DNA of 63,998 bases, counting the filler, from a bacterium (GTDB lineage: Bacteria; JBBIVP01), in assembly GCA_037439705.1 (NCBI GenBank). It is 10 parts of 10 records of this genome, joined end to end, with 100 filler letters (N's around TTAATTAATTAA, not from the genome) between each part and the next. Parts side by side here need not be neighbours in the genome. Positions count along the whole stretch, not along the records: positions 1 to 6,739 come from JBBIVP010000116.1; positions 6,840 to 13,573 come from JBBIVP010000117.1; 8 more parts are not named here. One strand, given 5' to 3'. Below, one piece after another: positions 1 through 10,591 of the stretch. Each line of letters opens with the position of its first letter. Positions within the stretch are counted from its first letter, which is position 1. The position numbers and the translations under genes were made by a program. The notes below the pieces were generated by a model that was given only the letters and a program-made list of their open reading frames with translations, had not been told where the DNA came from and made no database searches.

Positions 1-520
1 AATAATCGGCATTTCCTCTGAAATAGTTGAGGAAGTACTAAAAGATATGAAAAATGTTTATCCTGCAAACTACAACTCTTCAACCCAAACAGTAATTTCA
101 GGAAGAGAAGAAGAAGTGAAGGAGGCTGTTGAAAAACTGAAGGAAAGAGGAGGAAGGGCTATTTTCTTGAATGTCAGTGCTCCATTTCATACGCCGTTTA
201 TGAAACCAGCGGAAGAGAAAATGAGGAAATTTCTGGAGAGAATTTCCTTTAAAAATCCATCCATACCTGTTTTGAAAAACATTGATGCAGAAATTTACAA
301 AAATGCTGACGAAATAAAAGAATCGCTTGCAAAACAGATTTCAAGTTCTGTAAAGTGGCGAGATTGTATGAAAAAGTTTCTTGAGATGGAACCGGAAGTG
401 ATTATAGAACCTGGACCGAGACCTGTTCTTTTAAATCTCATTGAAGATGGAAAGGAAATAAAAAAATTTTCACTCTGTGAACCAAAAGATGTAAAAATAA
501 TAGAAAGGCTTATAAAATGA
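1..520 (+). CDS. fabD: Malonyl CoA-ACP transacylase, C-terminal part (5' truncated)
   Basis: ANYNS..QTVISG, VSAPFH and EPGP motifs; frame open from window start; upstream of fabG-acpP-fabF. Confidence 0.93.
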   Translation, partial: IIGISSEIVEEVLKDMKNVYPANYNSSTQTVISGREEEVKEAVEKLKERGGRAIFLNVSAPFHTPFMKPAEEKMRKFLERISFKNPSIPVLKNIDAEIYKNADEIKESLAKQISSSVKWRDCMKKFLEMEPEVIIEPGPRPVLLNLIEDGKEIKKFSLCEPKDVKIIERLIK

Positions 521-1254
521 AGGGCTTAAAGGATATGAGAATACTTGTAACAGGAGCATCGAAAGGAATAGGAAGGGCAATAGTGGAAAGGCTGTGCAAT
601 GAAGGAGCGGTTGTTTATGCGAATGCGAGAAAGGAGGAATCGCTTCTTCCTCTTGTTGAGGAAGGGAAGAAAAAAAACTGGAAGTGTATTCCACTCCCAT
701 TTGATGTATCAAAAAAAGATGAGGTGAAGGAGGCATTTAAAAAAATTAAAGACGAAGGACTTCAGGGTCTTGTGAACAATGCGGGAATAAGAAAAGATGC
801 CCTTCTTTTAATGATGAAGGAGGAAGACTGGGACGAAATCATAGAGGTTAATCTCAAAAGCATATACCTGTGCTGTAAGGAAGGAGTGAGACTGATGATG
901 AGGGGAAATTATGGAAGAATTGTTAACATAGTTTCAGTAGCAGGTGAAACAGGAAATCCTGGGCAGACAAACTATTCTGCCTCAAAGGGTGGAGTTATTG
1001 CATTTACAAAATCTCTTGCCCGAGAACTGGCTCCAAAAAATATAACAGTAAATGCTGTTTCTCCGGGATTCATAAAAACATCAATGACGGAAAATCTCCC
1101 AGAGGAAGTAAAGAAAAAAATAATGGAAAGCATTCCTCTCGGAAGATTTGGAAATCCTGAAGATGTAGCCGGAGTGGTGGCTTTCTTGCTTTCAGAAGAT
1201 GCTTCATATATAACAGGTGAAGTTATAAAGGTTAATGGCGGATTATATATGTAG
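517..1254 (+). CDS. fabG: 3-oxoacyl-ACP reductase
   Basis: TGASKGIG, NNAG, YSASK, NAVSPGFI, VNGG; fab operon context. Confidence 0.95.
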   Translation: MKGLKDMRILVTGASKGIGRAIVERLCNEGAVVYANARKEESLLPLVEEGKKKNWKCIPLPFDVSKKDEVKEAFKKIKDEGLQGLVNNAGIRKDALLLMMKEEDWDEIIEVNLKSIYLCCKEGVRLMMRGNYGRIVNIVSVAGETGNPGQTNYSASKGGVIAFTKSLARELAPKNITVNAVSPGFIKTSMTENLPEEVKKKIMESIPLGRFGNPEDVAGVVAFLLSEDASYITGEVIKVNGGLYM

Positions 1255-1265
1255 GAGGTGAAAAA

Positions 1266-1502
1266 ATGGATGTAGAGAAGGAACTGATAGAAATAATCGC
1301 AAAAAGGCTGAAGATTGACCCCTCAATAATAAAACCTGAATCAAGGTTTGTTGAAGACCTGGGAGCGGATTCACTCGCTGTGATGGACATAGTGATAAAG
1401 ATAGAGGAAAAATTCGGACTGGATGAGATTCCGGATGAAGAACTGGAGAAAATGAAAAGAGTAAAAGATGCGGTTGAGTACATAAAAAAGCATATTGGAT
1501 GA
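1266..1502 (+). CDS. acpP: Acyl carrier protein
   Basis: 78 aa acidic protein with DLGADSL phosphopantetheine site; AGGAGG RBS. Confidence 0.96.
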   Translation: MDVEKELIEIIAKRLKIDPSIIKPESRFVEDLGADSLAVMDIVIKIEEKFGLDEIPDEELEKMKRVKDAVEYIKKHIG

Positions 1503-2734
1503 GAAGAAGGGTTGTCGTTACAGGAATAGGGCTTGTCACGCCCGTGGGGATAGAGGTTGAGGAGGTGTGGGAAAATGTGATAAATGGAAGAAGTGGAGTA
1601 AGTCATATAACGAGATTTGAGGCAAAGGATTTGCCTGTAAGAATTGCAGCAGAGGTTAAAGGATTTGACCCTGAAAAGTTTATTGAACCAAAACTTGTTG
1701 AAGAAATGGACAGATTCATACAGTTTGCTGTAGCAGGTTCTCTTATAGCAATTGAAAGAGCAGAACTGAAAGGCAAACTTGATTCGGAAAGGGTGGGAGT
1801 GATAATTGGTGTTGGACTTGGAGGTCTTCCTTCCATAGAAGAGCAGTTAAAAATTCTGAAAGAAAGAGGCTTTAGAAAGGTAAGTCCATACTTTATTCCT
1901 ATGACCATTCCAAACCTTGCAGCAGGATGGGTTTCAATTCTTACTGGTGCAAAAGGAATAAACCTATGTATTTCAACAGCCTGTTCTGCAGGACTTCATG
2001 CCATAGGAGAATCATTTAAATACATAAGGGATGGAGTAATTGATATTGCTATATGCGGAGGAGCAGAATCAGCAATTACCCCTCTGGCTGTAGCGGGTTT
2101 TTCAAATATGAAAGCTCTTTCAAGAAGAAACGATGAACCGGAGAAAGCATCTCGTCCTTTTGAAAAAAACAGGGACGGTTTTGTAATCGGGGAAGGAGCA
2201 GGAATTCTTGTGCTTGAGGAATATGAGAATGCAAAAAGAAGAAATGCTGAAATTATTGCAGAAATAATAGGATACGGAGCAAACGGAGATGCCTATCACA
2301 TAACCGCTCCATCTCCCCAGGGAAAAGGTGCCGAAGAATGCATGAGGCTCGCAATAAACGATGCTGGAATATCATCGGAAGATGTGCAATACATAAATGC
2401 CCATGGCACCTCAACAAAACTCAATGACCTTTATGAAACAATCGCAATAAAGAATGTGTTCAAAGACCACGCAAAAAAACTCTTTGTGAGTTCCACAAAA
2501 TCCGTTACAGGTCATACCCTCGGAGCAGCGGGCGGAATTGAATGTGCCTTTACTGCCCTTTCTTTAAAAACAGGCATAATTCCACCGACAATAAACTACG
2601 AAGAACCTGACCCTGAATGCGACCTGAATTATGTACCCAATGAAGCCATAGAATTGAAAGACCTGAAATTTGCCCTCTGCAACTCCTTTGGATTCGGTGG
2701 AACAAACGCCTGTGTGGTGGTGAAAAAAATTTAA
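1499..2734 (+). CDS. fabF: Beta-ketoacyl-ACP synthase II
   Basis: RRVVVTGIG, STACS, INAHGTST, KSVTGH, NSFGFGGTN. Confidence 0.96.
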   Translation: MRRRVVVTGIGLVTPVGIEVEEVWENVINGRSGVSHITRFEAKDLPVRIAAEVKGFDPEKFIEPKLVEEMDRFIQFAVAGSLIAIERAELKGKLDSERVGVIIGVGLGGLPSIEEQLKILKERGFRKVSPYFIPMTIPNLAAGWVSILTGAKGINLCISTACSAGLHAIGESFKYIRDGVIDIAICGGAESAITPLAVAGFSNMKALSRRNDEPEKASRPFEKNRDGFVIGEGAGILVLEEYENAKRRNAEIIAEIIGYGANGDAYHITAPSPQGKGAEECMRLAINDAGISSEDVQYINAHGTSTKLNDLYETIAIKNVFKDHAKKLFVSSTKSVTGHTLGAAGGIECAFTALSLKTGIIPPTINYEEPDPECDLNYVPNEAIELKDLKFALCNSFGFGGTNACVVVKKI

Positions 2735-2735
2735 C

Positions 2736-3464
2736 TCATCTTATAATCCTGTATCCGAGGATATAATTGAATTCTCCAATGATGTGAAGTTTTTTCAATC
2801 CCCAGCTTTTAGGAAGTGGCGGATAGGGTGCTGCTGTTTTCACAGCTCTGATCGCCTCCTCATCAAGAGCAGGATAACCCGAGGATTTTATCAATTGAAC
2901 GTCCTCAAGGCTTCCATCTTCAACTATCGTGAATTTCAGATGAACCGTTCCCTGCTCCCCCCTCATAACTGATATCTGCGGATATGCCCACACGAGTTCT
3001 ATCTTTGATTTTATCTTTGAAAAATAGGAAATGTATTTAAACTCCCTCGTGTTCAGATTTACCGTTTCTTCCTCGGGAAGGTTTTCATTTATGTCACCGC
3101 CAAATTCCCTTAAAGACTCTGGAAATTCTTTTACCGGATTCTCTCCAGTTTCTTTTTCTTCGAAAGCCTCCGTCCTTTCATCGTGCTGGGCTATAAGAGG
3201 TTTTTTAAAAATACTTCCTTCTGATGGAAGTCTTCTTTTTGTCGTTGTCTCCCTTTTTGCAACATGAGTTTCATAGGATAATTTTTTTGCATCTTTGTTT
3301 TCCTTCGGAGTCGGTTTCTGATGGATAAATTCAATGGAGAGTGGCTCCTCAGGTTTTCTTCTTTCAAAAAGTTCCTCCTTCAGGGATGAGATGGGAAACG
3401 GGACAAAAATAAAGAGGTGAAGAAAAATTGAAATGAGAAGGGCTATTGTGAGTCTTCTGTCCAT
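2736..3464 (-). CDS. TonB-family energy transducer
   Basis: N-terminal TM with SxxxH (SIFLH), charged linker, TonB_C domain (YP...G.V.L.F.I..DG, SSGYPALDEEA). Confidence 0.85.
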   Translation of the reverse strand: MDRRLTIALLISIFLHLFIFVPFPISSLKEELFERRKPEEPLSIEFIHQKPTPKENKDAKKLSYETHVAKRETTTKRRLPSEGSIFKKPLIAQHDERTEAFEEKETGENPVKEFPESLREFGGDINENLPEEETVNLNTREFKYISYFSKIKSKIELVWAYPQISVMRGEQGTVHLKFTIVEDGSLEDVQLIKSSGYPALDEEAIRAVKTAAPYPPLPKSWGLKKLHIIGEFNYILGYRIIR

Positions 3465-4495
3465 ATCCCAAGAGATTCTCTCACATCATCAAATTTTTTT
3501 TCAAGGTCCGGTATCTCTGGTTCGTTCAGATTATGGGTGTTCCAGAAAAGAAGGTCCCCTCTCCCTTTTTCCTTTGCAAGTTTGATGAGGCAGGCAAGCG
3601 TTTTGCCTGTGTAGGTTGTTTCAAGCTCAATTCCTTCCTCTTCTTTCATAATTCTCACCGCCTCAATAGATTCGGGTGTGGGATAACCGTAGCCCTTTCC
3701 GATAAACTTATGGACAAGTGAGAAATTCATAATTGCCTTTAATGGATTTGAACTTATTTTATTTTTTCTCAAAAAATTTGAAAGGAATAAAATCTCCGAA
3801 AAAAGAACAGCCCTATTGGTTACAGCCCTTTCAACAACGCACACACCAATTATCTTTGATTTTATTCCTTCACCCGATAATCCAAGAGAAAACCCTGCAA
3901 GGCTTCCACCTGTTCCAACAGGAATGAAAATAGCAGATGGTTCTGGCATCTCTCCCATTTTTATCTGTTTAATCAGTTCCTTCCCTGCATGATAAAACCC
4001 CAAATTCCCCAGAACAGATGAACCACCCGGAGGAATGAAAAAATATCCATCCCTTCTTCCAAGCAGGCTCGCCCTTATCACTGCATTAACGGGATGAAAT
4101 GTAATCCTTATTTCGACTCCTGAATCCACCATCCGAACAAGATTTTTCTTCACATATTCTGTAATTGGCTGGGGATAAAGGAAAAGTATAGTTTTTAAGC
4201 CAAATTCTTTTCCAAAAAGTGCCACAGCGAGCCCGTGATTTGTCCCTATTCCGCCTGTTGTAACAAGAAATTTTGCCTTCTTTTCAATTGCTTCTTTAAA
4301 TATGAATTCAAATTTTCTTGGTTTGTTTCCACCGTATATTTCCGATATTACTCCGTCGTTCTTCATCCATATACTTCCTTTAAATCCTATTTTCTTTTCA
4401 AGATTTTTCAGCCTGACAAGAGGAGAAGGAGAATTAATCAAAGAAACCTTTCTTTCAAAAATAGAATTATTCTCTGCCAAACCCCCGTCACTCAA
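3443..4495 (-). CDS. PLP-dependent D-cysteine desulfhydrase / ACC deaminase family enzyme
   Basis: GGNKPRK PLP lysine motif, GTNH, IPPGGS, GTGGS, ETTYTGK. Confidence 0.85.
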   Translation of the reverse strand: MSDGGLAENNSIFERKVSLINSPSPLVRLKNLEKKIGFKGSIWMKNDGVISEIYGGNKPRKFEFIFKEAIEKKAKFLVTTGGIGTNHGLAVALFGKEFGLKTILFLYPQPITEYVKKNLVRMVDSGVEIRITFHPVNAVIRASLLGRRDGYFFIPPGGSSVLGNLGFYHAGKELIKQIKMGEMPEPSAIFIPVGTGGSLAGFSLGLSGEGIKSKIIGVCVVERAVTNRAVLFSEILFLSNFLRKNKISSNPLKAIMNFSLVHKFIGKGYGYPTPESIEAVRIMKEEEGIELETTYTGKTLACLIKLAKEKGRGDLLFWNTHNLNEPEIPDLEKKFDDVRESLGIWTEDSQ

Positions 4496-4556
4496 AATCT
4501 GCGCTCCTTCTTTAAAATTGCTATATTTTTAATTAAACCATAAAAAATTGAACATG

Positions 4557-5894
4557 TCAAATGCGGAAAATTGAAAGGGAAAGGGCTTTTTTTGTATTTT
4601 CTTTTATTTTTGCCCTTTCATCAATTCTCAATCCACCAATCCATATTATTTTGCCCTTTGATACAAAAATGGGAATTTTTTTTCTCTCCTGAACAGGAAT
4701 TTTTAAGTCTATGAAGAAATCGTGTAGTTTCTTTTCTCCCTTCATACCAAGGGAAATAAACCTATCTCCCCTTCTGAAATTTCTCACTTTGATTGGAAAA
4801 GGAGCCTCCTCTATATCCAGAAGCGCTGTATTTGAATCCTTCGGGATTTGAAAAGGCTGTTCAACCGTCTTTACCTCAATGCTCCAGCCTTTAAATTCAT
4901 ATTTTCCCTCAGAGGTTATCTCAAACTCCCAGTCCTCCTCCCTTTTTTCTTTCTTTGTAAAAACAATTTTTTCTCCCATTCTTTCTGCTCTCCAGTTCTT
5001 TTTCAATTGAATTGTCCTCCCGCCGGGCGATAAAAGGGAAAGAACTGAATCAATAATTCTTGATGATGAAAGTGGCTCTCCCATAATTTTCTGGATGACA
5101 ATTTTAAAAATCCACCTTTTTGAAAATATATCAAGCCCGCTCAAAATTTTGAGGTCAATAAAGAAATCTCCATTTTTCTCAACAAAAAGGGGAGCAGAAA
5201 GAAAGTGGGTCAGAGCATTTATTCCAAGAGAAGATTCCCACAGATTAATAATTGCCCTTTTGAAATTTGGAAAATGTTTCTCCATTTCTGGAATTAACTT
5301 CAACCTTATGAGGTTTCTCGGAATTTTTGTATCAAAATTTGATTCATCTATTACATATTCCGCTTTTATATCCTTCAGGTATTTCAGCACATCCTTTCTC
5401 CAGACACACAGAAGCGGTCGTATTATGTTATCCATTCGTGGAAGAATTCCGCTCAAGCCCTCAATTCCTGTTCCCCTCAAAATTCTCATTATTATCGTTT
5501 CAACCTGATCGTCAAGGGTATGACCTGTGGCAATCAGAAAATATCCTTCCTTTTCCGCCACATTTTTCAAAAATTCATACCTTTTTTTTCTTGCCCATTC
5601 TTCAGGAGAAATACCTGCAGGCTTTTTTTCCATTAACTCTCCGTAGTGAAATCTAACGCCCTTACACATTTTTTTCACAAATTCCGCTTCATCATCAGAT
5701 TTTTTTCTCAATTTGTGATTGAAGTGGGCAACTCCTATCTCAATTTTCAGTTTTTTCTTTAAATTCAAAAAAGAATGAAAAAGGGCTGTAGAATCCGGAC
5801 CCCCTGATACAGCAAGAAGAATCTTATCCTCTCCATTTTTTATCATGGATGATGTTTCAATCCATTTAAGAATTTTTTTCTCAAAAGGCTTCAT
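4557..5894 (-). CDS. tilS: tRNA(Ile)-lysidine synthetase
   Basis: AVSGGPDS PP-loop, HFNH, TGHTLDDQVET, IIRPLL, C-terminal GDRF..KKL..FID.KIP. Confidence 0.95.
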   Translation of the reverse strand: MKPFEKKILKWIETSSMIKNGEDKILLAVSGGPDSTALFHSFLNLKKKLKIEIGVAHFNHKLRKKSDDEAEFVKKMCKGVRFHYGELMEKKPAGISPEEWARKKRYEFLKNVAEKEGYFLIATGHTLDDQVETIIMRILRGTGIEGLSGILPRMDNIIRPLLCVWRKDVLKYLKDIKAEYVIDESNFDTKIPRNLIRLKLIPEMEKHFPNFKRAIINLWESSLGINALTHFLSAPLFVEKNGDFFIDLKILSGLDIFSKRWIFKIVIQKIMGEPLSSSRIIDSVLSLLSPGGRTIQLKKNWRAERMGEKIVFTKKEKREEDWEFEITSEGKYEFKGWSIEVKTVEQPFQIPKDSNTALLDIEEAPFPIKVRNFRRGDRFISLGMKGEKKLHDFFIDLKIPVQERKKIPIFVSKGKIIWIGGLRIDERAKIKENTKKALSLSIFRI

Positions 5895-6739
5895 CTACCA
5901 AAACCTCTATTACTTCTTTCCAGAAATTTATGGTTTCATCCTCCTGGAAATCAGCGACAAGAGGGTCTATCTCGCAGAGGTCCATTCCCACAATCCTTTT
6001 CTTTTTGATTTTTTTGCTGAGTTTTTTTATGAACTGAAGAAATTTCCCGGGAGAAATCCCGCAGAGATTTCTCGTCCTTACCGCGTAGGTTCTTTCTCCA
6101 GCACACACATCAGCATCAATGGATATGTAAATTTCATCGCAATTCTCAACGAACTCAAAGTTTTCCCCCTTAAAAAGTTTATCCTTCTCCACTATTTTTA
6201 ATCCCATTTTTTTCAACAGGGAAAGTTCTTTATCGGGCGGACTTCCTCTCTGAAATTTCTCAGAAACTCCCATTATGCAAACCTGATGAGGTTCAAGAAT
6301 TTCATCTTCTATCATCTTTTGAATAAAATTGGCTGAGGAAAAAAAGTTCTCCTCTTTTCTTCCGAACCTTGCGGAAATGGATATGGCATCTATGTGGGAA
6401 TCAAAACAGAGAAAAAGTGGTTTTTTGCCTTTTTCTCTGAGTGCTTTTAAAACTCCGTAGGTCATTGAGTGTTCCTCTGAGATTAAAAATGGTACGCCGT
6501 TTTCCAGAGCTGAGACAATTTTCCGAACCTTATCCGCCATAGCCATAAGTCCGTTTTTCCTGATAAATTCCATTCTGTTGAAAGCATTCAGAACCGGCAG
6601 GGTTTCAACTGTGGGAAGAGGAAGGAGCCATTCAGGCACATCCACATTTCCGAGGAAGACAAATTTTTCTAAAGAAAATTTTTCAGATAAAAGACCAAAG
6701 CTGGTCTTTGAAACCGATTCTTCTCTGGAAGGAAGGATT
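5881..6739 (-). CDS. Arginase/ureohydrolase-family protein (5' truncated)
   Basis: EEHS, FDSHID, ISIDAD and GMDLCE metal-site motifs; frame open to scaffold end. Confidence 0.75.
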
Positions 6740-6839
6740 NNNNNNNNNNNNNNNNNNNNNNNNNNNNNNNNNNNNNNNNNNNNTTAATTAATTAANNNNN
6801 NNNNNNNNNNNNNNNNNNNNNNNNNNNNNNNNNNNNNNN
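6740..6839. other. Artificial scaffold linker (N-TTAATTAATTAA-N); equivalent 100-nt linkers at 13574-13673, 20400-20499, 27202-27301, 33917-34016, 40629-40728, 47193-47292, 53729-53828, 60193-60292
   Basis: Same all-frame stop spacer each time; genes truncated at the joins; scaffold sizes decrease (6734, 6726, 6702, 6615, 6612, 6464, 6436, 6364). Confidence 0.98.
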
Positions 6840-7927
6840 ATTTTGTTGAACTATCAGCAAAAACTGTGCATGGGTTGTACAAAATTTTTGAAGCGATTTT
6901 TCTTCAGGCAGACCTTCTTGACCTGAAAGCGCCAAAGGATAAAAGAGGAGCAGGGGTGATAATAGAATCAAAACTTGACCCCGCAAGAGGACCTGTAGGA
7001 AGTGTAATCGTAAAAAGCGGAACTTTCAAAGAAGGTAACTATTTTGTTGCTGGAAAGTCATGGGGAAAGATAAGGGCAATGTTTGACGATAAAGGCAATA
7101 AAGTGAAAGAGGCGGGACCTTCCTCAGCAGTGGAAATAATAGGGTTTTCAGAGGTAGTTCCTGCAGGAGAGATGATATATGGGGTTGATAATGAAGAGAT
7201 AGCAAAGAAAATAGTAGAAAAACGAAAATCTGCTATAGCCACAATAAGTGAAGAAGAAGTAATTGCCCTTGATAAAATTTTCAAAATGGTTAAGGAAGGA
7301 ACAAAAAAAGAATTAAGGATAGTATTAAAAGGAGAGACATACGGGGTCATTAATGCCCTTGAGGAGCCTCTTCAAAAACTTTCAAATCAGGAAGTGAACA
7401 TAAAAATACTGCATAAGGGGGTCGGGAATATTACAGAAAATGATGTGATGCTCGCTATTGCATCGGAAGGAATAGTAATTGGCTTCAATATAAAAGTTGA
7501 CCAGAAAGCTAAGGAATTAGCTAAAGCGAAAAAAGTGGAAATAAGAATTTATAACATTATTTACGAACTCCTTGAAGATATAAAGAAAGCGGTTGAAGGT
7601 ATGGTTACTCCTCGTGAAATCTGGAAATTATTGGGAAGGGCTGAAGTTAAACAGGTTTTTACAATATCCAACAATATAAAAGTGGGAGGATGTTATGTAG
7701 TTGATGGCAAAATTGTCAGAAATTCCAGATGCGTGGTTAAAAGAAACGGAACAGAAATTTATAAAGGGAAAATTTCATCTTTGAAAAGATTTAAAGATGA
7801 TATGAAAGAAGTAGAAAAAGGATTTGAGTGCGGTATAGGAATTGAAGGCTTCAACGATATAGAAATAGGAGATATAATTGAATGCTATGAAAACTTGAAG
7901 TTCTTATACCATCTGCATCGTCTTTAA
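6840..7927 (+). CDS. infB: Translation initiation factor IF-2, C-terminal part (5' truncated; extreme 3' end aberrant)
   Basis: IIESKLD..RGP, GKIRAM, GVGNITENDV, IIYELL, SSLKRFKDD.KEV..GFECG. Confidence 0.96.
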
Positions 7928-8163
7928 AGGATAAAAGGAATGTGCTCCGGGGATTAAAAAACAGCGTTTTTTCCAGAACAGGGATAAGAATTGCAGAACT
8001 GGGAGGAACAGATAAATGGAATTTCAGTTCTTTAGGTTTCGCAGTTGTAAGTTCAAAGGAAGGGGAAATAAAAAAATGGATAGACGATATTTTGCGAATT
8101 TTTAATGAAAGCAATGAGATTGAGATTATAAATAAAGGAGTGGATTATCTTAAATACGAATAA
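7891..8163 (+). CDS. DUF503/YlxP-family protein (N-terminus apparently missing)
   Basis: Frame open from 7891 reads KLEVLIPSASSLKDKRNVL...; typical position between infB and rbfA. Confidence 0.75.
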   Translation, partial: KLEVLIPSASSLKDKRNVLRGLKNSVFSRTGIRIAELGGTDKWNFSSLGFAVVSSKEGEIKKWIDDILRIFNESNEIEIINKGVDYLKYE

Positions 8164-8495
8164 TGAAGAAAGACCCTTATAAAAGAAAACTAAAGGTAGA
8201 AACCCTTATTTTAAAGGAACTCTCAGATATTATCTTCCATGAAATAAAGGACCCAAGGGTAGAAGGAACAATTATCTCAAAGGTGAAAATTTCCGATAAT
8301 CTGAACATAGCAACAGTATATATAGTTCCTCAAAAAGAAGCTGATAAACAAATGATGGGATTGAAATCGGCGACTGGATTTGTAAGAACAATTTTAAAGA
8401 AGAGATTGTGTATGAGAAGTATTCCCTCTATTTTTTTTGAAATAGACGATGAATATGGAACCATAAAGGAAGAAGGGGATGCTGAAAAATTATAA
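8163..8495 (+). CDS. rbfA: Ribosome-binding factor A
   Basis: EIKDPRV, S.NL..ATVY, L.SATGFVR..L..RL.MR.IP; synteny. Confidence 0.9.
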   Translation: MKKDPYKRKLKVETLILKELSDIIFHEIKDPRVEGTIISKVKISDNLNIATVYIVPQKEADKQMMGLKSATGFVRTILKKRLCMRSIPSIFFEIDDEYGTIKEEGDAEKL

Positions 8496-9450
8496 AAAAT
8501 TAAAATTATTTATAGAAAATTCCAATAGACCTGTTATTATATCACACATCAATCCTGAAGCAGATGCTATAGGTTCATCTTTAGCATTATGGCATTTTAT
8601 TATCTCTCTCAAAAAGAAGGCAGTAATCCTGAACAAAACAGGAGTTCCTGAAAACCTGAAATTTCTTCCCGGGGCTTCAAAAATAAAGAGAAGTATTCCG
8701 CCAGATGCTGACCTTTATATAATTGTTGATACCGCATCTCTCAACAGAACAGGGTTCAATATTCCCAAAAACAGAAATACTCTCCCTATTATCAACATAG
8801 ACCATCATATAACCAATGATGGATTTGGAAATTTAAACATAATAGACCCCAATGCCTCAGCCACTGCTGTGCTTATTTTTAGATTTTTAAATCATATAAA
8901 CTTTCCACTAAATGAAGAAATAATGATGAACATATACGCTGGAATATATGAAGACACAGGAGGCTTTTCTTATCAAAATACTAATGAAGAATGTTTTAAA
9001 ATCTCGGGTCTCCTGGTAAAAAAGGGCTTGAATCCTTCCTATGTAGCAAGAATGTTGAAAGAAGAGGTTCCTGAAAGAAAATATCTTCTTCTCGGTGAAA
9101 CACTTTCTACCCTCAAAATATATCCCGATATTAAGACAGCCACCATGTTTGTAAGAATGGAAATGAAAAAAAAATTTGGTGCTTCCTGGGAAGACACTGA
9201 TGGATTTGTGGATTATGCCAAATCAATAAAAGGGATGAAGGTTGGAATTCTTTTTAATGAGAGGGAAGATGGGTCAATAAAGGTAAGTATGAGAAGTAAA
9301 AATGATGTTGATATCTCATGGATTGCCAAGGAATTCGGAGGAGGAGGACATAAAAATGCTGCCGGGTTTGAATTAAAAAAAGAAGAAGCAAAGAATATAA
9401 AATGGTATGAAAGAGAAATTTTTAAAAAACTCAAAATTGCGGTTAGATGA
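8479..9450 (+). CDS. nrnA: DHH/DHHA1 phosphoesterase (NrnA-like nanoRNase)
   Basis: SHINPEADAIGS, VD, IDHH, DTGGF, KVSMRS, GGGGHKNAAG. Confidence 0.88.
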   Translation: MLKNYKKLKLFIENSNRPVIISHINPEADAIGSSLALWHFIISLKKKAVILNKTGVPENLKFLPGASKIKRSIPPDADLYIIVDTASLNRTGFNIPKNRNTLPIINIDHHITNDGFGNLNIIDPNASATAVLIFRFLNHINFPLNEEIMMNIYAGIYEDTGGFSYQNTNEECFKISGLLVKKGLNPSYVARMLKEEVPERKYLLLGETLSTLKIYPDIKTATMFVRMEMKKKFGASWEDTDGFVDYAKSIKGMKVGILFNEREDGSIKVSMRSKNDVDISWIAKEFGGGGHKNAAGFELKKEEAKNIKWYEREIFKKLKIAVR

Positions 9451-10303
9451 AGATGGCTTTTTTAACATCTATAAAGAAAAATGGTGGCTCTCCACAGAAG
9501 TAATAAACGAACTTAAACGGTTTATTTCTGTAAAAAAAATTGGACATATGGGAACGCTTGACCCTATCGCATCCGGAGTCCTTGTTGTAGGAATAAACAA
9601 AGCAACCGGATTTTTTGAATACTTCAAATTCCTTGAAAAAAGATATGTAGCCCTTGTTCTTCTGGGATTGAAAACAGATATGGATGATATAAGTGGGAAC
9701 AAAATAGAAGAAAGACCTGTTTCTTATTTAAGTGAAGAAGATATTATCAAGGCTCTAAAAAAATACGAAGGAGAAATTGAACAGGTACCGCCTCAATTCA
9801 GTGCTTTAAAAATAGGTGGTAAAAGAGCATACTCCCTCGCAAGAGAGGGAATAGCATTCAGTCTTAAACCAAGGAAGGTTTTTATCAGAAAGATAAACCT
9901 TATCTCCATATCCATTCCTTACATAAAAATTGAAATTCTTTGCGGGGCAGGAACATATATCAGAGCCCTTGCGAGGGATATAGGCGATTCTCTTGGAACA
10001 GGAGGTGCACTTGCTAACCTTGAAAGAATTGAGGTGGGACCATTTTTGGTAAAGGATAGCAAAAAATTAAAAGAAATTCTGGAGAACCCTCTCGCCCAAA
10101 TTATACCTTTAAAACCCCACCTATTTCCTTTTCCCCATTATGAAGTGGAAACACAGGAGATTGAAAAAATCAAAAATGGTGATATAAATTTTTTAAAGGA
10201 TGGAATAAAAAATGGACCATTTTGTATTATATGTAAAGAAAATTTCCTTGGAGTTGGATATAAAGGAAAGAATAGAATAATGTTTACTAATTTAATAAAA
10301 TAA
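9437..10303 (+). CDS. truB: tRNA pseudouridine(55) synthase (start uncertain, 9407-9437)
   Basis: [32 protein letters not shown]. Confidence 0.94.
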   Translation: MRLDEDGFFNIYKEKWWLSTEVINELKRFISVKKIGHMGTLDPIASGVLVVGINKATGFFEYFKFLEKRYVALVLLGLKTDMDDISGNKIEERPVSYLSEEDIIKALKKYEGEIEQVPPQFSALKIGGKRAYSLAREGIAFSLKPRKVFIRKINLISISIPYIKIEILCGAGTYIRALARDIGDSLGTGGALANLERIEVGPFLVKDSKKLKEILENPLAQIIPLKPHLFPFPHYEVETQEIEKIKNGDINFLKDGIKNGPFCIICKENFLGVGYKGKNRIMFTNLIK

Positions 10304-10319
10304 AGAAGGAGGTAATGAG

Positions 10320-10589
10320 ATGCCGATGGAATCAGAAGAGAAAAAATTAATAATAGACGAATTTAAAAGACATGAAAAAGATACCGGTTCAGCAGAGGTG
10401 CAGATAGCAATTCTAACGCGCAGAATAAATAGACTAACCGAACATTTTGCAGTCCATAAAAAAGACCATGGTTCAAAAAGAGGACTTTTGAAACTTATTG
10501 CAAGAAGGAGGAAACTCCTTAATTATTTGAAAAAGACGGACAAAGAGCGCTACTTTGAAATTCTCAAAAAATTGAATTTGAGGAAATAG
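10320..10589 (+). CDS. rpsO: 30S ribosomal protein S15
   Basis: [27 protein letters not shown]. Confidence 0.97.
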   Translation: MPMESEEKKLIIDEFKRHEKDTGSAEVQIAILTRRINRLTEHFAVHKKDHGSKRGLLKLIARRRKLLNYLKKTDKERYFEILKKLNLRK

Positions 10590-10591
10590 AG

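Noticed and set aside
3443-4495. True ACC deaminase (acdS)
   Set aside because: Has YTGK rather than the YEGK glutamate typical of ACC deaminases, so only the family call is kept
6740-6839. Regularly spaced TTAATTAATTAA palindromes as a biological repeat
   Set aside because: Always centred in 100-nt N spacers at gene-truncating joins, so an artificial linker
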